Shown: positions 38,420-48,386, counted from the first letter of the stretch. The stretch is 64,000 nucleotides of DNA from Anaeromyxobacteraceae bacterium (GCA_032654565.1 JAULAX010000018.1:32001-96000); one strand, 5' to 3'. Translations and numbers: made by a program. Notes: a model not told the origin generated them from the letters alone.

Positions 38420-39739
38420 ATGGCCGCCCCCCTGCTGCGCCTGGCGGCCCGGAGCGTCGGCAAGAACTGGCGCCACAGCGTCGGATCGATCCTGGCCATC
38501 GCCACCGGCTTCGTCGCCATCGGGCTGTTCGACGGTTACCTGCTGCACTTCGAGCGGCAGCTGGTGGAGCTGATGGAGCGCCGCTTCATGATGGGCCACG
38601 TGATCGTCGACGCGGCCGGCGCCAGCGACAAGCTGGCCAGCGCCCCCGCCGACCTTCCCCAGCTGGGCAAGCCGGAGCAGGCCTTCGTCGACGAGTACCT
38701 GGCAGCCCGGGGCGCCGAGGTCGAGGCGAGGGTGCGCTTCCTCTTCGTCTGGGGGCACGCCAGCACGGGGCAGGCGTCGTCGCTCTTCACCGGGTGGGGC
38801 TACGACCCGGACGAGGGTGCGGCGCTGAGGGGCCCATTTGGCTGGGACGCCCTGGCGGGCAAGCCGCTGCACCTGGCCGGGCCGGCCTCGGCCCAGCTGG
38901 GCAAGGGGCTGGGCGCGCTGCTGGACTGCCTCCCGGACTCGGACCTGCCGGCGGCCGGCGCCGACGGGCGCCCCATCCCGGTGGAGCGCCCCTTCACCTG
39001 CCGCCGGCCCAGGGTGCAGCTGATGGGGAGCACCGTCTCGGGCCAGGTGAACGCGGTCGAGCCGGAGGTGGTGGGGCTGGTCGACGGCGGCCGGCGGGAG
39101 ATGGACCTGCGCCACGTGGCCATGCCGCTGGCGCTGGCGCAGCGGCTCCGCAACACCAGCGAGCTCTCCTACTACAGCGTGCGCCTGCGGGATCCGGCGC
39201 GGGCCGCGGCCTTCTCCAGGGAGCTGGCCTCGGCGGCCAGGGCTCGCGGCCTGGCCGTCGAGGCGCGGCCCATGCAGGAGCACGGCATGGGTGCCCCGCT
39301 GGCGCAGGGGCTGCTGCTGCTCGGCTCGTTCCGCAGCCTGATGGCCATGGTGGTGGTCGCCATCGCCGGCATGGCCATCTTCACCACCATGGTGAAGTCG
39401 GTGAGCGAGCGGACCCGGGAGGTCGGGACGCTGCGCAGCATCGGCTTCTTGACGCGCCACATCGTCGGGCTGTTCGGGATCGAGGCGGTGCTGCTCTCGG
39501 GGCTGGCGTCGGGCCTGGGCCTGGCCGCCACCCTGGCCGTGACGGCCGCCGTCAACGGGGCCGGGGTCACCTACAACGCGGGCCTGCTTGCGGAGCCCAT
39601 GCCGCTCGGGATAGCCATCGACCCGTCGAGCCTGGCGAGGACCGCGCTCCTGCTGGGCGGCGTGGCGCTGGCCGCCGCGCTGCTGCCGGCGCGCCGGGCC
39701 TCGCGGCTGCGAATCCAGGACGCGCTGGGGCACGCCTAG
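38420..39739 (+). CDS. ABC permease (LolC/E-FtsX-like)
   Basis: LAARSVGKNWRHS, ERTREVGTLRSIG, IQDALGH. Confidence 0.88.
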   Translation: MAAPLLRLAARSVGKNWRHSVGSILAIATGFVAIGLFDGYLLHFERQLVELMERRFMMGHVIVDAAGASDKLASAPADLPQLGKPEQAFVDEYLAARGAEVEARVRFLFVWGHASTGQASSLFTGWGYDPDEGAALRGPFGWDALAGKPLHLAGPASAQLGKGLGALLDCLPDSDLPAAGADGRPIPVERPFTCRRPRVQLMGSTVSGQVNAVEPEVVGLVDGGRREMDLRHVAMPLALAQRLRNTSELSYYSVRLRDPARAAAFSRELASAARARGLAVEARPMQEHGMGAPLAQGLLLLGSFRSLMAMVVVAIAGMAIFTTMVKSVSERTREVGTLRSIGFLTRHIVGLFGIEAVLLSGLASGLGLAATLAVTAAVNGAGVTYNAGLLAEPMPLGIAIDPSSLARTALLLGGVALAAALLPARRASRLRIQDALGHA

Positions 39740-39994
39740 CGAGCCGCGCCGGGCGGCGGAGCCGGGATGGCCCCGGCGCTCACCACCCCAACAGAAGGCT
39801 GGCCACCGAGACCAGCGCACCGTCGACCGCCGCCTGGTCCGGCGCCAGCCCGGCTGACCGAGCCGCCCCGGCATCCTGCCGACGCCGGGCGGCCGCGCTC
39901 CGTCCTGCCGCTGCGCCCCGGCGGGGCGGGGGGCGAGGGACCAGGCGACCAGGCGCCGCGGACCGGCGGTGCCGGCCGATGGGGAGCGCCCGCC

Positions 39995-42900
39995 TCACGC
40001 TGCCACCGGGGCCGGCAGCGACGGCTCGGTGGCGTCCGCCGCTGGCGCCTCCTCGGCCTCGAGCTCGGGAGGCAGGAGCTTGTAGAGCACCGGCGTCACC
40101 ACCCGGGTCAGCAGCGTCGAGGAGATCAGCCCACCCAGGATGACCAGCGCCAGCGGCGAGTAGAGGGCCGAGCGCTCCACCGCCAGCGGTACCAGCCCGC
40201 CCACCGCCGTGAGGGTGGTGAGCAGGATGGGGATGAAGCGCTTCTCGCCGGCCTCCTCGATGGCCTGGTCGAGCGACCGCCCGGCCTGGCGCAGCTGGTT
40301 GGTGAAGTCCACCAGCAGGATGGAGTTCTTCACCTCGATGCCCATCAGCGCCACGAAGCCGATCACCGCGGTGAAGGAGAGGGTGTAGCCGGAGAGGAAG
40401 AGCGCCACCATGCCCCCGACGATGCCGAGCGGGATGACCGAGGCCACGATGAGGGTGGAGCGGAAGGTGCGGAACTCCAGCACCAGGATGGCCAGCACCC
40501 CGAGGGCCGCCACGATGATGGCCGCCCCCAGGCCGCCGAAGGACTCCTGCCGGCTCTCGAACTCTCCGGCCGGGACGATGCGGACTCCGGAGGGCCAGGC
40601 CTCGGCCCCGAGCCGGTCCAGCACGGCCTTGGTGATCCGATCGGTGTTGAACCCCTCGCGCACGTCGGCGGTGAGGGTGGTGCTGCGGGTCTTGTCGTAG
40701 TGGTAGATGCGCGCCGGCGAGGGCTCCAGCGCCAGGGAGGCGACCGCGGCCAGCGGCACCGGGCCACCGGCGCCGGCGACGTAGACCCGGTCGAGCACCT
40801 CGAGGCCGGGGCGGGCGCCGCCGGGGAGGGGCGCGCCGCCCTCGCGGGGGAGGGTGAGCCGGATGTCGCGCGCCTCGGCGCCGCTGGCGTCGCGCCAGGT
40901 CCCGGCCACCAGGCCGCCCACCGCCAGCCGGACGGCCCGGTCGACGTCGGGCACGGCCACGCCCAGCAGCGCGGCCCGCTCCCGGTCGATGCGCACCCGC
41001 AGGTCGCTCTTCCGATCGCGCGAGGGGTTGCTCACGTAGCGGGTCCCCTCGACCGAGGCCAGCACCGCCTCGACGCGGGCCGAGGCCGCGGCCAGGGCCG
41101 CCGGGTCGTCGGCGAGGACGCGGATGGCGATCGGGGCGTCGACCGGCGGGCCCTGCTCGAACTCGCGGACCTCGAGGCGGGCCCCGGCGTAGCCGGAGAG
41201 CTCGGTGCGCAGCGCCGCCAGCACCTGGGCAGTCCGGGCCGGGTCCCGGGTGCCGAGCTCCGCCAGCACCTCGGCGTAGCCGGCCTTCTCGTTCTGCGGG
41301 CTGACGTTGTAGTAGACCATCGGGTTGCCCTTGCCGAGGTTGGTGGTGACCTTCACCACCTCGGGGTGGCGGGCCAGGGCGGCCTCGATGGCGCGGGCGG
41401 CCCGGTCGGCCTCGGCCAGGCTCCCGCCCTCGGGCGTCTCGGCGGTGACGCGGAACTGCGGGATGCCGGCCTTGGGGAAGAGGCTGAAGCCGATGGCCGG
41501 GACCAGCGCCAGCGAGCCGGCGAAGAGCAGGGCGGCCAGGCCCAGGGTCACCGCGGGGCGGGCGATGGCCCGGTGGAGCACCGGCCGGTAGGTCGCCTGG
41601 ATGCCGCGCTCCAGCCAGCGGAAGAAGACGTTGCCGTGCTCGCCCTGGCTGCGCAGGAAGCGCGAGGCCAGGAACGGCACCACCGTGAGCGAGACCAGCA
41701 GCGAGGCCAGGATGGTGAAGACCACCGCCACCGGCATGGAGCGGATGAAGGAGCCGGCCCCGCCGGGGAGCGCCAGCAGCGGCACGAAGGCGAAGACCAG
41801 CGTGGCGGTGCACCCCAGCACCGACATGGTGATCTGGCGGGTTGCCTCGACCGCGGCCTGGCGCGGCGAGTGCCCCTCGCGGAGGAAGCGGGTGATGTTC
41901 TCGACCACCACCACCGAGTCGTCGACCAGCAGGCCGAGGGCGATGACGAAGCCGACGATGGAGAGCTGGTTGATGGTGAAGCCGAAGAGGTGGAGCAGGG
42001 CCAGCCCCACCGCCAGCGACAGGGGGATGGAGATCATCACCACGCCGGAGGCGCGCAGGCCGAGCGGCAGCAGCGTCAGCAGCACCAGCAGGATGGCGAT
42101 GCCGAAGTCGCGGGCGAAGCCGGAGAGCCGGTGCTCGACGTTGACGGCCTGGTCGAAGGAGGTGACCAGCGAGACCCCGGGCGGGAGCGACGGGCGGAAG
42201 GCCTCGGCGGCCTGGCCCAGCCCCTGGCGGACCTCGAAGAGGTTCTGCTTCTCCTTCATGGTGGCGGCCACCAGCACCGCCCGCCTCCCGTCGAGGCGGA
42301 CCAGGTGGGTGGCCTCGGCGTCGCGCTGGGCCACCTCGGCCAGGTCGCGGACCCTCACGGCGCGGCCGCCCACCATCCGCACCACGGTGTCGGCGATCTC
42401 CTCGACGGAGCCGTAGTCCCCGCTGGTCTTGACGCTGAGCTGCCTGGCGCCGGCCTCGACGGCGCCGGCCGGGATGGCCTGGGCGTCGGCGCCGATGGCC
42501 TGGAGCACCTCGAGGGGCGAGATCCCCAGCGCCACCAGCCGCTCCGGCAGCAGGGCGACCTGCACCTCCTGGCCGGGCAGGCCGCCCAGCTCGACCTTGC
42601 CGACGCCGGGCACCGCCTCGAGCCGGGCCTTGAGGTCGCGGGCCAGCCGGTCCAGCTCGCGGGAGGGGGCGGTGTCGGTGACCAGCGCCAGCTGCAGGAT
42701 GTTGACGTTGGCGGAGTTGGAGGCGATCACCTGCAGCCGCGCCAGGCCGGCCGGGAGCCGGGGCCGGAGCGCGGTGGTCTCGCGGATCACCTCGTCGCGC
42801 TTGCGGGCCGCGTCCACGCCGAACTGGAAGTCGACCAGGATGACGGCCAGGCCGTCCTCGATGGTGGTCTTGAGCGACTTGAGATCCTCCAGCCCCTTGA

Positions 42901-43111
42901 GCTCGGCCTCGAGCGGGTCGGCCACCAGCCGCTCCACGTCGGCCGGGCTGGCGCCGGGGAGCACCGCCACCACGGCGAAGCCGGGGAAGGGGAAGGTGGG
43001 ATCCTCGGCCTTGGGGATGCCGAGCAGCGAGGAGACGCCCAGGGCGACCAGGGCGACGAAGACCACCAGGGTGAACTGCCAGCGGCGGACGGCGAACTCG
43101 GCGATGTGCAT
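39995..43111 (-). CDS. RND efflux permease (AcrB family)
   Basis: PGASPADVE, GLLVDDSVVVVENI, GIEVKNSILLVDF, RFIPILLTT. Confidence 0.95.
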   Translation of the reverse strand: MHIAEFAVRRWQFTLVVFVALVALGVSSLLGIPKAEDPTFPFPGFAVVAVLPGASPADVERLVADPLEAELKGLEDLKSLKTTIEDGLAVILVDFQFGVDAARKRDEVIRETTALRPRLPAGLARLQVIASNSANVNILQLALVTDTAPSRELDRLARDLKARLEAVPGVGKVELGGLPGQEVQVALLPERLVALGISPLEVLQAIGADAQAIPAGAVEAGARQLSVKTSGDYGSVEEIADTVVRMVGGRAVRVRDLAEVAQRDAEATHLVRLDGRRAVLVAATMKEKQNLFEVRQGLGQAAEAFRPSLPPGVSLVTSFDQAVNVEHRLSGFARDFGIAILLVLLTLLPLGLRASGVVMISIPLSLAVGLALLHLFGFTINQLSIVGFVIALGLLVDDSVVVVENITRFLREGHSPRQAAVEATRQITMSVLGCTATLVFAFVPLLALPGGAGSFIRSMPVAVVFTILASLLVSLTVVPFLASRFLRSQGEHGNVFFRWLERGIQATYRPVLHRAIARPAVTLGLAALLFAGSLALVPAIGFSLFPKAGIPQFRVTAETPEGGSLAEADRAARAIEAALARHPEVVKVTTNLGKGNPMVYYNVSPQNEKAGYAEVLAELGTRDPARTAQVLAALRTELSGYAGARLEVREFEQGPPVDAPIAIRVLADDPAALAAASARVEAVLASVEGTRYVSNPSRDRKSDLRVRIDRERAALLGVAVPDVDRAVRLAVGGLVAGTWRDASGAEARDIRLTLPREGGAPLPGGARPGLEVLDRVYVAGAGGPVPLAAVASLALEPSPARIYHYDKTRSTTLTADVREGFNTDRITKAVLDRLGAEAWPSGVRIVPAGEFESRQESFGGLGAAIIVAALGVLAILVLEFRTFRSTLIVASVIPLGIVGGMVALFLSGYTLSFTAVIGFVALMGIEVKNSILLVDFTNQLRQAGRSLDQAIEEAGEKRFIPILLTTLTAVGGLVPLAVERSALYSPLALVILGGLISSTLLTRVVTPVLYKLLPPELEAEEAPAADATEPSLPAPVAA

Positions 43112-43134
43112 GGCGCGGCTCCGTGGTGGCCGGG

Positions 43135-44184
43135 CTACTCGGCCACGGTGACGTGGAGGCCCTCGGCGAGCCGGGTGGCGCCGTCGGTCACCACCCGCTC
43201 CACGCCGTCGAGCCCGGTCGAGAGGGCGATCCGGTCGCCCTGCAGGAAGGCGATGCGCACCGGCACCCGGTGGGCCACGCCGCCCCGGACGGTGAAGACC
43301 GCCCCCTGCTCGCCGTCGCCGTCCACCACCGCCGCCAGGGGCACGGCGCCCGCGGCGGGGACCAGCCGGGCGATCTCGACCTTGGCGGTGAGGCCGGAGA
43401 GGAGCCCGGCCGAGTCGGCGGCCGGCAGCGCCACCTCCACCAGGTAGGTGCCGGTGCCGCGCCCCGCGGCGCGGGCGATCTCGGTGACCCGGCCCTGGAG
43501 CACCCGGCCCGGGCTGGCGTCGAGCGTCACCCGGGCCGGCGTGCCCGGGAGCAGGCCGATCACCTCGCGATCGGCCAGCGCGGCGCGGACCACGAAGCCG
43601 CGCCCCTGGCCGGAGAGGTGGACGATGGGGCGGCCCGGGGCCACCACCTCGCCCGGCTCGGCCAGCCGGCGGTCCACCCAGCCGTCGCCGGGGGCCGTCA
43701 GCGTGGCGTGGCGCAGGTTGAACTCGGCGGCGCTGAGCTGGGCCTCGGCCAGCGCCTCGGCGGTGCGGGTGTCCTCGGCGGCGGCGCGGGCGACCACCTC
43801 GCTGGCGGCCAGCTGGGCCATGCGGGCGGCGTCGCGGCGGGCCTTCTCCAGCCCTTCGCGGGCCTGGCGGACGCCGGCGGCCAGCTCGGTGGGGTCGAGC
43901 GAGGCGAGCACCTGGCCCTTGCGGACCGGCTGGCCCTCGTGGACCTGCACGGAGGCCAGCAGCCCGCCGACCTTGAAGGAGAGGTCCCACTCGTCCTTGG
44001 TGGCGACGGTGCCGGCGGCGCGGACCGGACGATCGACCGGGCCGTGCGCCACGGCGGCGGTGCGGACCGGGATGGTGGCCTCCTCCGGGCCGGGGGCGGC
44101 GCGGGCGGTGGGGCTGCAGCCGCCCAGGGCAGGGAGGGCGGTGGCGAGGGCGAGGGCGGCGAGCGAGGCGGGGCGGCGGGTCAT
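43135..44184 (-). CDS. RND periplasmic adaptor lipoprotein
   Basis: Lipobox LGGC; LSFKVGG, EGQPVRKGQVLA; GAGGAG RBS. Confidence 0.9.
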   Translation of the reverse strand: MTRRPASLAALALATALPALGGCSPTARAAPGPEEATIPVRTAAVAHGPVDRPVRAAGTVATKDEWDLSFKVGGLLASVQVHEGQPVRKGQVLASLDPTELAAGVRQAREGLEKARRDAARMAQLAASEVVARAAAEDTRTAEALAEAQLSAAEFNLRHATLTAPGDGWVDRRLAEPGEVVAPGRPIVHLSGQGRGFVVRAALADREVIGLLPGTPARVTLDASPGRVLQGRVTEIARAAGRGTGTYLVEVALPAADSAGLLSGLTAKVEIARLVPAAGAVPLAAVVDGDGEQGAVFTVRGGVAHRVPVRIAFLQGDRIALSTGLDGVERVVTDGATRLAEGLHVTVAE

Positions 44185-44215
44185 CGAGTGCTCCTCAAAG
44201 GGCGGAGGCCCCTCC

Positions 44216-44262
44216 ATGTGAACGGCGCATACATTGCAAATTCAAGTTATCGATGTCAACAT
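44216..44262. promoter_or_regulatory. Two 19-bp imperfect palindromes, putative TetR operators
   Basis: ATGTGAACGGCGCATACAT (44216-44234) and AAGTTATCGATGTCAACAT (44244-44262) in an AT-rich divergent gap. Confidence 0.6.
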
Positions 44263-44268
44263 GGAGTC

Positions 44269-44988
44269 ATGAAAAAGCTGGCGATCCCCCCAAATGGGGA
44301 CAGCTACCACCACGGCGACCTGCGCAACGCCCTGCTGCAGGCGGCGCTCCGGCTGGTGGCGGAGAAGGGGGCGGAGGGCTTCAGCCTGCGCGAGGCGGCC
44401 CGCGAGGTGGGCGTGTCGCCGGCGGCGGCCTACCGCCACTTCGAGGACAAGAAGGCCCTGATGGGCAGCCTGGTCGTCGGCGGCATGGGCCAGCTGGCCC
44501 TGGCCATGGAGAGGGCCGTGGACGGGATCAAGGGCCGGGCGGGCTCGGCGGCCCGCGCCGTCGCCGAGCTGGCGGTGACCGGCCAGGCCTACGTGGAGTT
44601 CGCGGTGCGGCACCCGGAGCAGTTCCAGGTGATGTTCGGCCCCTGGTGCGACCACCTCGACTTCACCGAGGTGCCGTCCGAGGCCAAGCCGCGCGGGCGC
44701 GACGCCTACCAGATCCTGGTGGACTCGCTGGATGGCCTGGTCCGCGCCGGCGCCATCACGCCGGCGGCGCGAGCCGGGGCCGAGCTCCCGGCCTGGTCGA
44801 TGGTGCACGGGCTGGCCTCCCTGCTGGTGGCCAAGGCGTTGCCGCTCGGTCCCGCCGAGCGGGCCCAGGCGACCGCCCTCACCCTCCGCACGCTCCTGCG
44901 CGGGCTGGGCTGCGCCCCGCGGCTGCTGGGGCCCGCGGTGCCGGCGCCGGACCCCAAGCCGTGCCGGACCGTGCCCTGCAGGCGCTGA
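44269..44988 (+). CDS. TetR family regulator (WHG C-terminal type)
   Basis: YHHGDLR, SLREAAR..GVSPAAAYRHF, WSMVHG. Confidence 0.92.
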   Translation: MKKLAIPPNGDSYHHGDLRNALLQAALRLVAEKGAEGFSLREAAREVGVSPAAAYRHFEDKKALMGSLVVGGMGQLALAMERAVDGIKGRAGSAARAVAELAVTGQAYVEFAVRHPEQFQVMFGPWCDHLDFTEVPSEAKPRGRDAYQILVDSLDGLVRAGAITPAARAGAELPAWSMVHGLASLLVAKALPLGPAERAQATALTLRTLLRGLGCAPRLLGPAVPAPDPKPCRTVPCRR

Positions 44989-45069
44989 GGCGGTCGAGCT
45001 GCCCCATCGAGCAAGCGCTTCCAGCCTGGCCGCAGCGCGTCCCGTAGGCCGAGCGCCCAGGAGAGGGCG

Positions 45070-45108
45070 TTGCCGTGCCGCGTGAGGAGCGAGTACCATG
45101 GTACCATG
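45070..45108 (+). promoter_or_regulatory. Putative leaderless sigma70 promoter overlapped by GTACCATG repeats
   Basis: TTGCCG-N18-TACCAT-GGTACC-ATG; perfect palindrome GTACCATGGTAC at 45093-45104. Confidence 0.55.
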
Positions 45109-45381
45109 CCAGTCAAGCGCGTCAGCAGGCGTCGCATGGAGGTCGAGCGGATCCAGACCGGGGTGCGCGTCGAGGTGCGCGTGCTCAAGGTCTTGAAGGC
45201 CCTGGCCGAGCTCAAGGGGCTGTCCCTCGGGGACCTCCTGGAGGGGATCGTGCTCCACGCCTTCGAGGGCAAGGCCCCCTTCGCGCGGGAGACGCTCCGG
45301 CAGATCGCCCAGCTGCGCGAGGTCTACGGGCTGACGCTCCAGGCTGCGGACAGCCATCGCCTGGAGGAGCGCCAGCCGTAG
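45106..45381 (+). CDS. Small putative ribbon-helix-helix DNA-binding protein
   Basis: Beta strand RIQTGVRV followed by two helices (VLKVLKALAELKG; SLGDLLEGIVLHAF). Confidence 0.7.
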   Translation: MPVKRVSRRRMEVERIQTGVRVEVRVLKVLKALAELKGLSLGDLLEGIVLHAFEGKAPFARETLRQIAQLREVYGLTLQAADSHRLEERQP

Positions 45382-45429
45382 CCGGGCCCGGCCGGATCCG
45401 GGCCGGCGCGGGCGACCGGCCCGCGCTGC

Positions 45430-45918
45430 TCAAGCAGCGCCCAGCAGCACGGATCCGGTCTGCAGGAAGTGGTTCATCGACCGCTCCCAGTCGGTCATCA
45501 TCGCCTCGAACTCGTTCGAGGTGCCGAGCTTCTCGATGGCCAGGTTGCCCTGATCGCTGGTCCCGGTCCTGACGTACCGGACCGACAGGCTGGAGCGCTG
45601 CGGCTCCAGCCGCGCCACCTTGATGCCCAGGTGGACGACCTGCTTCCCGGGGAGGACGTAGACGAAGTCGATCTCGTGGCGGGCCGGCTCGAAGCGCGTG
45701 ACGACCCACAGGGTGTCCGGCTCGCCGGCGTGCCCGGTGGCGTAGACCCCGTCCAGCTCGGCGACGCCGCTGGAGGCGAAGATGGGCCGGCCCACCCACC
45801 CCTCGAGCCACTCGCCCTCGCGGACGGGGCAGAGCAGCGGGAAGATGGTGTCGGGGTCGGCGCTGATGGAGATGGTGCGCTCGAGGATCCTGCGTGAGCC
45901 CTTGAAGCTGGTCTGCAT
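45430..45918 (-). CDS. SRPBCC-like protein
   Basis: AAGGAG RBS; ADPDTIFPLLCPVREGEWLEGW, C-terminal WERSMNHFL. Confidence 0.75.
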   Translation of the reverse strand: MQTSFKGSRRILERTISISADPDTIFPLLCPVREGEWLEGWVGRPIFASSGVAELDGVYATGHAGEPDTLWVVTRFEPARHEIDFVYVLPGKQVVHLGIKVARLEPQRSSLSVRYVRTGTSDQGNLAIEKLGTSNEFEAMMTDWERSMNHFLQTGSVLLGAA

Positions 45919-45965
45919 GTGGTTGGTCTCCTTGGTGGCGTGGCGTGGGTGACCTGGGCCGAGGC

Positions 45966-46004
45966 TTGCGCCGCAGGGTCATACCATGGTACATTGGTAC
46001 CATG
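45966..46004 (+). promoter_or_regulatory. Second leaderless promoter with GTAC(C)A repeats
   Basis: TTGCGC-N18-TACATT-GGTACC-ATG; TACCATGGTACATTGGTACCATG at 45982-46004. Confidence 0.55.
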
Positions 46005-47810
46005 TTCCTGGCAATGGGGACCCTGCTGGCCCTGGCGGCCGCTCCGGCGGCCGCCGATCCCTTCTCCCGCTCCAACCCGGCCGAGGTGGCGGTCACCCAC
46101 CTGGAGCTGGACCTGCGGGTGGGCCTCGACCCCCGCGAGCTGGCCGGCCGGGTGGCCCTGCGGCTGGCCCGCTCCGCGCCTGGTCGGACGCAGGCGCTGG
46201 TGCTGGACACCAGGGACCTGCAGATCGAGGCGGTGTCGGGCGCGGGTCCGGGCGGCCGGGCCGCCCCGCTGGCCTTCTCGCTGGGCCCGGCCGATCCGGT
46301 GCTCGGCGCCGCCCTGAGCATCACCTTGCCGCCCGGGGTGGAGACGGTGCTCGTCGACTACCGGGCCGGCCGGAAGGCGCAGGCCCTGCAGTGGCTCGAC
46401 GGCCGCCAGACTCGCAGCGGCCAGCCCTTCCTCTACACCCAGTCCGGGACCATCCACGCCCGCAGCTGGATTCCGCTCCAGGACTCACCGGCCGTGCGCT
46501 TCACCTGGGAGGCGAGCGTGCAGGCGCCGCCTGGCCTGGTGCCGGTCATGAGCGCCACCCTGGTCTCGCGCCGCGGCAGCGCCGCACGCTTCCGCATGGC
46601 CCATCCCGTGCCCGCCTACCTGATCGCGCTGGCCGTGGGCGACCTGGCCTTCCGCGCCTGGGACGATCGGGCCGGCCTGTTCGCGGAGCGGCCGGTGGTC
46701 GCCGAAGCCCACCGCGAGCTCGTCGACGTCCCGCGCATGCTGGAGGTGGCGGAGAAGCTCTTCGGGCCCTATCGGTGGGATCGCTACGACCTGCTGGTCA
46801 TGCCGCCCGCCTTCCCATATGCCGGGGTGGAGAACGCCCAGCTCACCTTCGTGACGCCCACCCTGCTGGTGGGCGACCGGAGCCTGGTCTCGACGGTGGC
46901 GCACGAGCTGGCCCACGCCTGGGCCGGCAACCTGGTCACGCAGGCGACCTGGAACGACGTCTGGCTCAACGAGGGGCTGACGGTCTACCTGGAGCGGCGG
47001 ATCATGGAGGCGCTCCAGGGCAGCGAGCGCGCCAGGGCCGAGGCCGTCCTGGGAAGGCACCAGCTCCTGGAGGAGCTGGCCACCCTGGCCCCCGAAGACC
47101 AGCGCCTGCGCGTCGACTTCACCGGCCGTGACCCGGACGGCGTGCTGAGCAGCGTGCCCTACGAGAAGGGCTACCTGTTCTTCCTCCAGCTCGAGCGTCG
47201 CTTCGGGCGAGCCCGGCTGGACGCGTTCCTGCGCCGCCTGTTCCAGGATCTCGCCTTCCGGTCGCTCACCACGGCCCAGCTCCTGGCGCGCCTGCAGGCG
47301 AGCCTGCCGGCGCCGGTCGAGGCCTGGATCGAGGCGCCGGGGCTCCCGGCGGACGCCCCGGTGGTCAGCTCGGTAGCGCTGGAGGCGGCCGGCCGCGCTG
47401 CGACCGGGTGGGCGGCCGGCAGCGCCCCAGCCGCCGATCTGCCCGCCCGCGCCTGGTCGGCCGAGCAGTGGGCCTGGTTCCTCACCCACCTGCCGCGCAC
47501 CGTCGACTGCGCGCGCGCGGGCGCCCTGGACCAGGCCTGGCAGCTCGGCCGGTCCCGCAACCCCACGCTGCTGGTCCCCTGGCTGCGCCTGGGGGTCCGC
47601 TGCGGGTACCCACCCGCGGTGGCCCGCGCCGAGGAGGTCCTGCGCACCGTCGGGCGCGGCAGCATGGTGATGCCCCTCTACGAGGAGCTCCTGGCCCTGC
47701 CCGACGGGCCGGCGCGAGCGGCCCGGACCTACTGCGTCGCCAGGAGCTCATACCATCCGGTGATGGCGGCGGCCCTCGACCGACGGATTGGCTGCGACGC
47801 CCGGCCCTGA
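46002..47810 (+). CDS. M1 family aminopeptidase (LTA4-hydrolase-like), exported
   Basis: Signal peptide; ARSWIPLQDSP, PAYLIALAVG, AGVEN, HELAH...WLNEG, PYEKG. Confidence 0.93.
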   Translation: MFLAMGTLLALAAAPAAADPFSRSNPAEVAVTHLELDLRVGLDPRELAGRVALRLARSAPGRTQALVLDTRDLQIEAVSGAGPGGRAAPLAFSLGPADPVLGAALSITLPPGVETVLVDYRAGRKAQALQWLDGRQTRSGQPFLYTQSGTIHARSWIPLQDSPAVRFTWEASVQAPPGLVPVMSATLVSRRGSAARFRMAHPVPAYLIALAVGDLAFRAWDDRAGLFAERPVVAEAHRELVDVPRMLEVAEKLFGPYRWDRYDLLVMPPAFPYAGVENAQLTFVTPTLLVGDRSLVSTVAHELAHAWAGNLVTQATWNDVWLNEGLTVYLERRIMEALQGSERARAEAVLGRHQLLEELATLAPEDQRLRVDFTGRDPDGVLSSVPYEKGYLFFLQLERRFGRARLDAFLRRLFQDLAFRSLTTAQLLARLQASLPAPVEAWIEAPGLPADAPVVSSVALEAAGRAATGWAAGSAPAADLPARAWSAEQWAWFLTHLPRTVDCARAGALDQAWQLGRSRNPTLLVPWLRLGVRCGYPPAVARAEEVLRTVGRGSMVMPLYEELLALPDGPARAARTYCVARSSYHPVMAAALDRRIGCDARP

Positions 47811-47927
47811 GGGGCGCGCCGCCGGCCGGGTGGCATCGGCGCCGGGCCTGGCTTGCGCCGATGCACGGGGCCGGCCGCTCCAGGTTGGGCGACGGTCCCC
47901 GCGTCCATCGCTCCACTTGGAGATCCC

Positions 47928-48386
47928 ATGCTCCTGAAGGAAACCGCCCTGCTCCGCCTCTTCGGCCTGCGCGTCCCGCTCTTCCTCTTCGCCGGGCCCC
48001 GGGTCATGGAGCTCGACGACCGGGGCTGCACGGTGAAGATCCCGCTCGGCTGGCGGACCAGGAACCACGTCGGCTCGATGCACATCGGCGTCCTGGCGGC
48101 CGGAGCCGACCTGGCCGCTGGACTGAACGTGTTCCGCGCCGCGCGCGGGCAGGGGAGGCTGGTTCCCATCTTCAAGGACGCCCGCATGGACTTCTTGAAG
48201 CGCGCCGACGGCGACGTCCTCTTCCGCTGCGGCGACGGCGCCAGGGTGCAGGAGGCGGCCCGCCAGGCCACCTCCACCGGCGAGCGGGTGACGCTGCCGG
48301 TGGAGATCGTGGCCACCGTGCCGGACCGCCACGGCGATGACCCGGTGGCGCGCTTCACGCTGGGGCTCTCGATGAAGCGAGGCTGA
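47928..48386 (+). CDS. DUF4442 hot-dog fold protein
   Basis: RTRNHVGSMH.G, FLKRADGDV motifs. Confidence 0.8.
   Translation: MLLKETALLRLFGLRVPLFLFAGPRVMELDDRGCTVKIPLGWRTRNHVGSMHIGVLAAGADLAAGLNVFRAARGQGRLVPIFKDARMDFLKRADGDVLFRCGDGARVQEAARQATSTGERVTLPVEIVATVPDRHGDDPVARFTLGLSMKRG

Noticed and set aside
39767..43447. 1226-aa plus-strand ORF and similar long ORFs (2025..4757, 35801..38050, 54715..57357)
   Set aside because: Antisense or off-frame shadows of clear genes. High GC suppresses stop codons, and the translations are low-complexity with no motifs.
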